NCBI GenBank assembly: GCA_033763655.1
Contig: JANRKD010000026.1
Location: 25,922 to 89,921, forward strand
Direction of reading: 5' to 3'
Length of the DNA stretch: 64,000 nucleotides
Source: Alphaproteobacteria bacterium
GTDB taxonomy: Bacteria; Pseudomonadota; Alphaproteobacteria; Rickettsiales; UBA3002
Shown here: positions 20,041 through 28,076 of the stretch, in pieces
Position numbering within the stretch: position 1 is the first letter of the stretch
Layout of the letters: every line of letters starts with the position of its first letter
Translations under genes and position numbers: made by a program
Notes under the pieces: model-generated
The model's database searches: none
What the model was told of the DNA's origin: nothing
Seen by the model: the letters and a program-made list of their open reading frames with translations, nothing else

Positions 20041-21956
20041 TGAAACCCATCCTTCGCCGCCTGCCGCCTGCCCTGCTCGCCACGTTGCTGATTAGCGTGC
20101 CGTACCTACTCTATGCGCTGAGCAAATGGCACGCGATGCCGCTGCATGATGGCATCCCCATCGGCCAGACCGACCCAGACACCTGGCTGCGCCTCACCCT
20201 TGTGCGCGACTGGCTGCTCGGCGGCGGCTGGTACAATCACTCCGTCGCCCACAGCAACGCACCGTGGGGCGGCATCAGCAGCCCGTGGACGCGCCCGCTC
20301 GACCTTGTGATTGCGCTGCTTGTACGCGCGCAGCCCGAGTCGGTGGAGCTTTCCGTACGCCTGATGCGCGCGTCACTGCTGCTGCCGGTACTGTGGATGA
20401 CCCTGCTGGTCGTAGGCATCCACCGCGCCATCCGCGCCCTGCTGCCGCTGCCTTCGGCCTACATCATGGCGGGGGCGCTTATCGCCACCCAGCCGATGAT
20501 GTGGAACTATTTCTCGCTCGGCAATGCCGACCACCACGCGCCGCTTTCCGTGCTGTTTATCTGGGTGATGGGCGGCATCCTCACACCACACCCTTCGCGG
20601 CGGCTGATGCTGTTGACCGGAATGCTGCTCGGCCTGCAACTCTGGATCAGCGTCGAGGCGATGGTGCTCATCGCGGCTATCTACCTGTGGGTTGGGCTGG
20701 GCTGGCTGCGCGGCGAGACTGCCAAAGCCGTGGCACTGGCGCAGTTGACAACGGGCGTCGCACTCACCGCCCTACTCGCTGTGATGATTGAACGCCCGGT
20801 CGCGGCATGGCTGACCCCGGTTTACGACAGCATTTCCGTCGTGCATGTCATCGCACTGCTGCTCTGCGCCGTGCTCGCCGCCCTGCTGCATCATGTGCCG
20901 GTGCGCCACCTGCGCGGGCGGCTGGTGCTGGCCGCCACAGGGGGCGGCGCGCTGCTGGGCGGGCTGCTGCTGACCTATCCGCTGCTGCTGCACGGGCCGA
21001 TGGTCGGGGTGGAACCGTTCATCCACAGTGATTTCCTGCCGCATATCAGCGAAGCCAAACCGTTCTACAAAATTTCACCCCTACTGCTGATGGCGGCGAC
21101 GCTAACCCCGCTGCTTGGGATAATCCTCTGCCTCGCGCCATGGATTCGCCCCGACCGCGCCTTCTACCCTCGCGAACATTCCGCCCAACTGGTATTTTTC
21201 CTCGGCGTGACCCTGCTGCTCTATTATTTTCAGCAGCGCTGGAGCTATTATATGCTGCCGCTGGCCGTGGTGGCGCTCGCGCCACTGCTGGGCGCACTGT
21301 TCACGCCCGAGCATCCGCATGTGGCGACGCGCTGGCCGGCCAACCTGCTGGCGGGCCTTCCCCCCACCACTCAGATGAAACGCCGCCTGCCGGTTATCCT
21401 CGCCCTGCTCGGCGCGCCGTTCATGCTGCTGCTACAGGGTGCCGCCCCGAGCGTGACGGATAAATTATCGCCGCTGACGAGCACCGCTTCCCCCACCGCC
21501 GACGCACAGGCGAAACAGCGCGACGCCTGCTACCGCAAAGCCCGCGTCCTCATCCGCAGCGGCGCACTGATGCGCGCCCTGCCCGACACGCCGCTGACCT
21601 TCCTCGCGCCCACCGACCTTGGCGCGGAGCTGCTGTTCTTCACCCCGCAGCGGATTATTGCTTCGAATTACCACCGCGAAGGAGCTGGCATCCGCTATGT
21701 CTGGGAGGCGGATACCATCGCTGAGCCATCCTCTTTACATGCTTATTTAAAGAAACGCACGGTGGAGGCCCTGCTGCTCTGCCCGAAAGTCGGCCCCACG
21801 AAAGATAGCCTGCTGCAGGCCTATGTGCAGGGCGCGCCGCTACCCGCATGGCTGAAGCCGGTGCCCTACACCCTGCCACCCTCTCCCACCACGGAGAAGG
21901 ATGCTTCCGCGCCCCCGGCCCCCGACCCGCTGCTCCTGCGCATCGTGGCTCCGTGA
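20037..21956 (+). CDS. Large polytopic membrane protein, putative GT-C-fold glycosyltransferase
   Basis: The ATGA start/stop overlaps gtrA. 639 aa with more than 10 hydrophobic segments. The first loop carries GQTDPDTWLRLTLVRDW (a DxD-type acidic motif as in STT3/AglB/ArnT first loops). No WWDxG motif is seen. The C-terminal soluble domain is about 170 aa. Confidence 0.55.
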   Translation: MMKPILRRLPPALLATLLISVPYLLYALSKWHAMPLHDGIPIGQTDPDTWLRLTLVRDWLLGGGWYNHSVAHSNAPWGGISSPWTRPLDLVIALLVRAQPESVELSVRLMRASLLLPVLWMTLLVVGIHRAIRALLPLPSAYIMAGALIATQPMMWNYFSLGNADHHAPLSVLFIWVMGGILTPHPSRRLMLLTGMLLGLQLWISVEAMVLIAAIYLWVGLGWLRGETAKAVALAQLTTGVALTALLAVMIERPVAAWLTPVYDSISVVHVIALLLCAVLAALLHHVPVRHLRGRLVLAATGGGALLGGLLLTYPLLLHGPMVGVEPFIHSDFLPHISEAKPFYKISPLLLMAATLTPLLGIILCLAPWIRPDRAFYPREHSAQLVFFLGVTLLLYYFQQRWSYYMLPLAVVALAPLLGALFTPEHPHVATRWPANLLAGLPPTTQMKRRLPVILALLGAPFMLLLQGAAPSVTDKLSPLTSTASPTADAQAKQRDACYRKARVLIRSGALMRALPDTPLTFLAPTDLGAELLFFTPQRIIASNYHREGAGIRYVWEADTIAEPSSLHAYLKKRTVEALLLCPKVGPTKDSLLQAYVQGAPLPAWLKPVPYTLPPSPTTEKDASAPPAPDPLLLRIVAP

Positions 21957-21980
21957 GAATCATTGTGGCTCCGTGAAAGC

Positions 21981-22047
21981 TTGGTGCCTCCTCTTGCCAC
22001 CCGGGGAGAGCGCCCCTCCCGCCTGCGGAAGGGAATGCAGGAAGCGT
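21981..22047. repeat. Degenerate copy of the palindromic Q block of the modular repeat
   Basis: TTGGTGCC..CTCTTGCC..GGGGAGAGCGCCCCTCCCGCCTGCGGAAGGG..GGAAGCG, compared with 22870..22940. The loop dinucleotide is CT rather than AG, which suggests inverted orientation, but orientation stays ambiguous because the core is palindromic. Confidence 0.5.
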
Positions 22048-22068
22048 AGCGAGGACAGTGGAGATTAT

Positions 22069-22473
22069 TTATTTTCCGCGCTTGGCAACAACATCTTTGA
22101 CGGCCCTGCAGCCCGGTGCCTGAAGAGTGCCCATCACAGGGACGTCTTCAAAGACTGCGCACCGTTCTATCGCGAGGTCGTTCACTGGGCCACTGCCAAG
22201 CGCTTCATTGAACTTCGCATCTCCGTAGCCTAGGGCATAACCTACTTTTTCTGGGATGCTGCTATGCGGTTCGCGCGTTGCCAGATAGTCTTTGGTTGCT
22301 GCGCATGAAGGGCCATTGCTATCGCCACAAAGATCCGCATGCGCTTCATTAGCGATATTTAGGCCAAGCGCGTTATTCGCCTTTGCTGCAAGTGCTGTTG
22401 CGTTGTAAATTACTGCATCGGCTGCCATCGAAAGCTTGCTCTCTTCCTCCGGTTTATCGTTCTGATTCGTCAT
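22069..22473 (-). CDS. Hypothetical small protein (134 aa, 4 Cys), low-GC orphan
   Basis: ORF 22069..22491. The ATG at 22473 (MTNQNDKPEE) is preferred because GGAG lies 6 nt upstream. I recognise no motif. Composition differs from the backbone. Confidence 0.45.
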   Translation of the reverse strand: MTNQNDKPEEESKLSMAADAVIYNATALAAKANNALGLNIANEAHADLCGDSNGPSCAATKDYLATREPHSSIPEKVGYALGYGDAKFNEALGSGPVNDLAIERCAVFEDVPVMGTLQAPGCRAVKDVVAKRGK

Positions 22474-22525
22474 AAAAACTCCATCATCCATTGGGTTAAA
22501 TCATTGCTCTAACCCTTTCACTTTA

Positions 22526-22535
22526 CCCCCCCCCC
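22526..22535. repeat. Homopolymeric C10 (G10 on the minus strand) tract upstream of ORF 22069..22473
   Basis: ctttaCCCCCCCCCCgttaaaaatcc, 53-62 nt upstream of the ATG at 22473. Confidence 0.9.
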
Positions 22536-22650
22536 GTTAAAAATCCATTAACGCCATATGAAGTTTTTGTGACAATGAAAAAGGTGGATAATTCAATCCG
22601 CTACGGTGCAAACAATCCACGCCGGAAGCTTGAACGCCGACCATAACCCC

Positions 22651-23100
22651 GGAATTGTCATGACCCCAGGAATTGTCATGCCGTCTTTATGACGGCATCC
22701 ATCTTACGGTAGACCCCGTCATACGACGGGGTGACATGTGAAGGATAGGTATGGGGTTAGGCGCTGTGGGCTGTAGGTTGGGTGTGGAAGCTGTGCGCTG
22801 TGGGCTGTAAGCTGTGGTTGGGGCCACCCACTTTTTTACTACGCGACGCTCGACTCTCGCCACGCGACTCTTCTCTTGCCGCTTCCCTCACCCCAGCCCT
22901 CTCCCGCAGGCGGGAGAGGGAGCGACTCCCCTCGTTGGCACCATCCTCTATTCACTTCCTTCCTTCACTTTCTTTCTTTCTTTCTTCACTTCCTTCGCTG
23001 GCTACTGGCTACTGGCTACTGGTGACTGGCTACTGGCTACTGGTGACTGGCTACTGGTGACTGGTGACTGGCTACTGGCTACTGGCTACCTCTCCACTCA
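22651..23100. repeat. Modular intergenic repeat, copy B (most complete): hairpins, P block (22833..22880), palindromic Q block (22897..22920), polypyrimidine tract (22945..22999), 13-unit heptamer array (23000..23090)
   Basis: GGAATTGTCATGACC/GGAATTGTCATGCC; ATGCCGTC-tttat-GACGGCAT (22678..22698); ACCCCGTC-atac-GACGGGGT; TTTTTTACTACGCGACGCTCGACTCTCGCCACGCGACTCTTCTCTTGC; CCCTCTCCCGCAGGCGGGAGAGGG. The heptamer array is 13 units of GGCTACT (9, the last reading GGCTACC) and GGTGACT (4). Confidence 0.9.
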
Positions 23101-23200
23101 ATTCATAACCCGGGATGTGAATAGGCGTTGCGGGAAGCGGCCCGGCATGCCAGTTTAAGCCACCGATGAATGAACCAACCCGCATCCACAGGGAGCCACC

Positions 23201-23395
23201 ATGCCTATCCTCCACGTCCATATGCTCGCCGGTCGCGATGTCGAAAAGAAGCGCCTGCTGGCCAAACGCCTGACCGAAACCGTGCAGGAAGTGCTTGGCT
23301 CGCCGCCCGAAAAAATCCGCATCATCCTGAGCGATATGCCCCATGACAGCTATGCCGTCGCGGGGGTGCTTTACAGCGACGAGGAAAAATCCTGA
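23201..23395 (+). CDS. 4-oxalocrotonate tautomerase family protein
   Basis: 64 aa. MPILHVHMLAGRDVEKKRLLAKRLTETVQEVLG carries the catalytic Pro1 after Met. GGGAG lies upstream. Confidence 0.85.
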   Translation: MPILHVHMLAGRDVEKKRLLAKRLTETVQEVLGSPPEKIRIILSDMPHDSYAVAGVLYSDEEKS

Positions 23396-23398
23396 CCC

Positions 23399-24430
23399 AT
23401 GAACCCGACCCCGACACTCCTGCCTTCCGGACTTGCCGATGTGCTGCCGCCACTGGCCGCCGCCGAATTCCGGCTCGTGCACCATTTCCTTAAAACCTTC
23501 ATGGCCTTCGGCTACCAGCCGGTTATCCCGCCGCTGGCGGAATATGCAGACAGCCTGCTCGCCGGACAGGGCGAGGCCACCAGCCACCATGTTTTCAAGA
23601 TGCCCGACCCGCTGGCCCCGGAAATGCTGGCCCTGCGCGCCGATATGACCGGGCAGGTCGCGCGGATCGCCGGTGGCGCCTTAGCAGCGATGGCGCGCCC
23701 GCTGCGCCTGTGCTACGCGGGCTACACGCTGCGCACCGCGCCTGAGGCGCTTAAAACCCGCCGCCAGCACACGCAGGTCGGCATCGAGCGTTTCGGCGAT
23801 ATGGACGCGCCATCGGTCGCCGAAGTGCTCGCCATCTCCGCCCATGCGCTCGAAAATAATGGGGTCGATGGGCTGACGATCGACCTGCATTACCCGAGCG
23901 TGCTCGAAGCCTTGCTGAAACGCTACCCCGAGAGCAGACACGCCGCCATCCGCGATGCGGTGCGGCTGAAGGATCACGCGCGCCTGCACGCGCTCGAAGC
24001 GCTCGATATTGCTGAAATGATGCGCCATGCAGGTTCCGCCGCCGGCGTGCTGCAACGCCTGTCTGCCTCCAATCTGCCGGAAGTGGCCAATGCCGCCGCC
24101 GACCTTGCCGCGCTGGTGACGGCACTTGAGGCCGCCAGAGTCAACGCCAGCCTCACCATCGACCTGCTCGACCTTTCGGGCTATGGCTATTACACCGGCG
24201 TCGGCTATGCGATGTTCTGGAACAAAGCCGGCCTCGAAGTGGGCCGTGGCGGCTGCTATGCCACCCGAAACGGCGAGGATGCGGTGGGCTTCACCCTCTA
24301 CATCAACGATGTGCTCGACCACCTGCCGACCGAGGCGGCCGCACCCACCCGAACCATCCCCCATGGCACCCCTGCCGCCGAAGCGGCGAAGCTGCAGGCC
24401 GAGGGTTTTGTCACGGTTTTTGGCTCTTGA
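23399..24430 (+). CDS. hisZ: ATP phosphoribosyltransferase regulatory subunit HisZ (HisRS paralog lacking the anticodon-binding domain)
   Basis: 343 aa with LPSGLADVLPPLAAAEFRLVHHFLKTFMAFGYQPVIPPLAEY. It has class-II aaRS-like core blocks, and its length is too short for HisS. Confidence 0.8.
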   Translation: MNPTPTLLPSGLADVLPPLAAAEFRLVHHFLKTFMAFGYQPVIPPLAEYADSLLAGQGEATSHHVFKMPDPLAPEMLALRADMTGQVARIAGGALAAMARPLRLCYAGYTLRTAPEALKTRRQHTQVGIERFGDMDAPSVAEVLAISAHALENNGVDGLTIDLHYPSVLEALLKRYPESRHAAIRDAVRLKDHARLHALEALDIAEMMRHAGSAAGVLQRLSASNLPEVANAAADLAALVTALEAARVNASLTIDLLDLSGYGYYTGVGYAMFWNKAGLEVGRGGCYATRNGEDAVGFTLYINDVLDHLPTEAAAPTRTIPHGTPAAEAAKLQAEGFVTVFGS

Positions 24431-24539
24431 TGCCACGTGCCGTTTGAACAGCTGCGCGCAGCCTGATTTAATAGGCTCATGCACTTAGGAAGCGCGCTTA
24501 ACCGAAGCATAAATGCAGGCAATCAACACTCAAAAAGCG

Positions 24540-26234
24540 CTACTTTTCAGAGAGCGCCCGGATGCGCCGACTGATTTCTACCACTGCACTGGATGCTTGC
24601 TGGGTATTGGATGAGATTTCCTTAGTGACTGCCGTTTGTTCCTCGATTGCCCCGGCTACACCCGTGACATATTGGCTCAGCTGCCCGGATGCCTCGACAA
24701 TCTCTCCAATACTGCCTGCCACCTCGGAGGAAATCGCCTGAACAGAGGAAATTTCATTGGCGATATCGTCGGTCGCTTTAGAGGTTTGAGTGGCCAAACT
24801 TTTTACTTCACTGGCAACAACGGCAAACCCCTTACCAGCTTCGCCAGCCCTTGCCGCTTCAATGGTTGCATTCAGTGCCAGCAAATTCACTTGCCCTGCA
24901 ATACTGCGGATTAAATCCACGATATTTCCCATAGAAACCATTGTAGCAGACAAGCGGTCACTGGCAGCCCCCGACGACTGCGACTTCTGCATAATATTGG
25001 TCGTCGCCTGCTGCGATAACGACATATTCTTGCTGATTTCACCTACCGAGGCAGTCATTTCCTCCGTGGCTGCAGCCACGTTTTGCACCTGCTGGCTGGT
25101 CACATCCGCAAGCTCAACCGTTTTCATGAGCTCCGTCATATCCGTGGCAAACTTCACAACTTTAAAGGGAGTGCCGTTCATATCGAGGATAGGATTGTAC
25201 GAAGCCTGAATATAGACTTCCCTCCCCCCCTTACCAATGCGCTTGTATACGCGTGAGTCAAACTCACCACGGTTGAGCCTTGCCCAGAATTCTTTATACT
25301 CGGAACTCTGCGCGTAAGCAGGCTCCGCGAACATGCTGTGATGCTTTCCTCGCACCTCAGGCAAAGTGTACCCCATCACCTTGAGGAAATTCTCGTTGGC
25401 CGTGATAATCGAGCCATCAAGGTTAAACTCTATCACCCCCTGAACTTTGCCGATAGCATCAAGCTGCCCCCGAACATCCGCATTGGCTAATTTCTGCGCC
25501 GTCACATCCGTCGCGTATTTTACAACTTTGAAAGGCTTGCCATCCATATCGAGAATGGGGTTATAGGAAGCCCGAAGCCAGACTTCTTTGCCACCTTTGC
25601 CCAGACGCTTATATTCCCGCGAGTCAAACTCACCACGGTTGAGCTTTGCCCAGAATTCTTTATACTCGGCACTCTGCGCGTAAGCAGGCTCCGCAAACAT
25701 ACTATGATGTTTTCCCTGAATTTCTGCAAGGCTATACCCGATAGTCTTCAGGAAGTTTTCATTGGCGGTAATGATAGTTCCATCCATGTTAAACTCAATC
25801 ACCGCCTGCGATCTGCCGATGGCCTTGACTTGCCCAAGGGCGTCGGCATCCATCAGTTTTTTCTTCGTGATATCTGTGGCGATTTTTATGACTTCGTAAG
25901 GCTCGCCATTGCGATTAAGAACGGGATTATAGGAAGCCTGAAGCCAGACTTCCTTGCCGCCTTTACCAAAGCGCTTATATTCCCGTGAATCGAACTCTCC
26001 GCGGCGGAGCTTTTCCCAAAACTGGCGATATTCTGCGCTCTGCGCATAGGCAGAGTCGACAAAAATGCTGTGATGTTTCCCGCGAATCTCGTCGAGCGTG
26101 TAGCCGATCACCTTTAGGAAGTTTTCATTGGCGGTAATGATGCTTCCGTCCATGTTGAACTGAATCACCGCCTGCGATTGCTCGATTGCATCGAGCATTG
26201 CCACACATTTAGCATTGGAGGAAAAAGGAAACAT
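24540..26234 (-). CDS. Soluble methyl-accepting chemotaxis protein with three tandem PAS domains
   Basis: 564 aa with no TM segment. Three repeats of about 122 aa read [25 protein letters not shown]......S.EY..FW..L.RGEF. The signalling domain contains [33 protein letters not shown] is lower than the flanks (by eye). Confidence 0.9.
   Translation of the reverse strand: MFPFSSNAKCVAMLDAIEQSQAVIQFNMDGSIITANENFLKVIGYTLDEIRGKHHSIFVDSAYAQSAEYRQFWEKLRRGEFDSREYKRFGKGGKEVWLQASYNPVLNRNGEPYEVIKIATDITKKKLMDADALGQVKAIGRSQAVIEFNMDGTIITANENFLKTIGYSLAEIQGKHHSMFAEPAYAQSAEYKEFWAKLNRGEFDSREYKRLGKGGKEVWLRASYNPILDMDGKPFKVVKYATDVTAQKLANADVRGQLDAIGKVQGVIEFNLDGSIITANENFLKVMGYTLPEVRGKHHSMFAEPAYAQSSEYKEFWARLNRGEFDSRVYKRIGKGGREVYIQASYNPILDMNGTPFKVVKFATDMTELMKTVELADVTSQQVQNVAAATEEMTASVGEISKNMSLSQQATTNIMQKSQSSGAASDRLSATMVSMGNIVDLIRSIAGQVNLLALNATIEAARAGEAGKGFAVVASEVKSLATQTSKATDDIANEISSVQAISSEVAGSIGEIVEASGQLSQYVTGVAGAIEEQTAVTKEISSNTQQASSAVVEISRRIRALSEK
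25105..26202. repeat. Three tandem 366-bp units inside the MCP gene (the PAS triplication)
   Basis: CACCACGGTTGAGC(C/T)TTGCCCAGAATTCTTTATACTCGG.ACTCTGCGCGTAAGCAGGCTCCGC occurs at 25265 and 25631 (offset 366 bp). A third, more diverged unit lies near 25997. Confidence 0.75.
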
Positions 26235-26642
26235 ACAGCTACCATACTCCCGCTAGAGTTGTCCCATGATTTATACCCAGAACCATAGGTTTTTCGAGCG
26301 GGATTATGCCTGCCCCCCCGCCCTTTACAACCATGAAGGTTATTCCATTTAGCTAATGTCAGGCTATGTAGCATATGCGCAACAGGCACATCCTGCGCCC
26401 CTCACCAAACATGCCACATAGACCGTTAAAGAAATGGCTATGCCAGATTGTCCATTAAAAAAACATGTTTCTGGCTACGAATAGGCACTCTTCAAATACC
26501 TAGTAATCATAAGAATCAGCCACAGGTTTTTTTTGCCACCATTCTTCCCGATTTTATACGCATTCTATCCCCCGCTTAAGGTAACTGGACAACCCCTCCC
26601 ATCTATGCCAAAAGGCAACCTCGCAAAAACGTGAGGTTTCGC

Positions 26643-27938
26643 ATGCAATCGGTCGTAGTTGTCGGCTCCCAGTGGGGCGATGAAGGCAAAGGCAAAGTCG
26701 TTGACTGGCTCTCCGAACGGGCGGATGTCATCGTGCGCTTTCAGGGCGGCCATAATGCGGGCCATACGCTGGTGATCGACGGCGTGACGTACAAACTCAG
26801 CCTGCTGCCCTCGGGCGTGGTGCGCAAAGGCAAAACCAGTATCATCGGCAACGGCGTGGTCATCGACCCCTGGGCCTTGTTCGCTGAAATCGACAAAGTG
26901 CAGAAACAAGGCGTCGAAGTCTCGCCTGATACCTTAAAGATCGCCGAGAACGCCCCGTTAATCCTGCCCATTCACCAGATGCTCGACGCCGCCTCCGAAG
27001 CCCTACGCGGCACCAACAAAATCGGCACCACCGGGCGCGGCATCGGCCCAGCCTATGAGGACAAGGTGGGACGTCGCGCCATTCGCGTCTGCGATCTGGC
27101 CAACCCCGACACGCTGAAAGGCAAGCTGGCCGATCTGGTCGCGCACCACACGCCGATCCTCAAAGCCTCGGGTGGGGCGGATGCCGATATGGACGCGATG
27201 CTGGCCTCGCTGCGCGACGTGGCCGAAAAAATCCTGCCCTATGCAACGCCCGTGTGGCGCCTGCTGGCCGAATACCGCGAACAGGGCAAACGCATCCTCT
27301 ATGAGGGCGCGCAAGGCATGATGCTTGATGTCGATTATGGCACCTACCCGTTCGTGACCTCGAGCAACACGCTGGCAGGCGCGGCCACGCTTGGCTCCGG
27401 CTCGGGCATCCATTCCATCGGCTATGTGCTGGGCATCACCAAGGCCTACACTACCCGCGTTGGCAGCGGGCCGTTCCCGAGCGAACTGACCGATGCCACC
27501 GGCGAACATATCGGCGAGCGCGGGCACGAATTCGGCACCGTCACCGGGCGCAAACGCCGCTGCGGCTGGTTCGATGCGGTGCTGGTGAAACAGGCGGTCA
27601 CCGTCGGCGGTATTAACGGCATTGCCCTGACCAAGCTCGACGTGCTCGACGGGCTGGCGGAGCTGAAACTCTGCATTGGCTACGACATCAACGGCACGAA
27701 ATACGACTATCTGCCCGCCGCAAGCGAGCTTCAGGCCGCAGCAAAACCGATTTATGAATCCATCGAAGGCTGGAGTGAATCGACCCGCGGCGCACGCAGC
27801 TGGGCCGAACTTCCGGCCACGGCCATTAAATACATTCGCCGCATCGAAGAGTTAATCGGCTGCCCGGTCGCACTGCTTTCGACCAGCCCCGACCGCGAAG
27901 ATACCATCCTGGTGAAAGACCCGTTTTTAGGGCTTTAG
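26643..27938 (+). CDS. purA: Adenylosuccinate synthetase
   Basis: ORF 26631 (GTG). The ATG at 26643 ([18 protein letters not shown]) is preferred because GAGG lies 6 nt upstream. Motifs: [33 protein letters not shown]. Confidence 0.95.
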   Translation: MQSVVVVGSQWGDEGKGKVVDWLSERADVIVRFQGGHNAGHTLVIDGVTYKLSLLPSGVVRKGKTSIIGNGVVIDPWALFAEIDKVQKQGVEVSPDTLKIAENAPLILPIHQMLDAASEALRGTNKIGTTGRGIGPAYEDKVGRRAIRVCDLANPDTLKGKLADLVAHHTPILKASGGADADMDAMLASLRDVAEKILPYATPVWRLLAEYREQGKRILYEGAQGMMLDVDYGTYPFVTSSNTLAGAATLGSGSGIHSIGYVLGITKAYTTRVGSGPFPSELTDATGEHIGERGHEFGTVTGRKRRCGWFDAVLVKQAVTVGGINGIALTKLDVLDGLAELKLCIGYDINGTKYDYLPAASELQAAAKPIYESIEGWSESTRGARSWAELPATAIKYIRRIEELIGCPVALLSTSPDREDTILVKDPFLGL

Positions 27939-28076
27939 CAGCGCCACATAAAGGCGGCTTAACCAATGCACGGTTGAGAATGGCATGAAGTTTGCCTATA
28001 ACAGGTGTGGATTATACTATTCCGTTTAAGAACACGCCTGTCCAGAAGTTGGAGGGCGCTACGCGTACAGGAACCT

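Noticed and set aside
23000-23090. Possible CRISPR array
   Set aside because: The units are 7 bp and directly abutting, with no spacers. This is a microsatellite, and no cas genes are present.
23399-24430. Histidyl-tRNA synthetase (hisS) as the identity of this ORF
   Set aside because: At 343 aa it lacks the C-terminal anticodon-binding domain, and the HisRS motif-2/3 catalytic residues look degenerate. HisZ is the better call, although no hisG is adjacent in this window.
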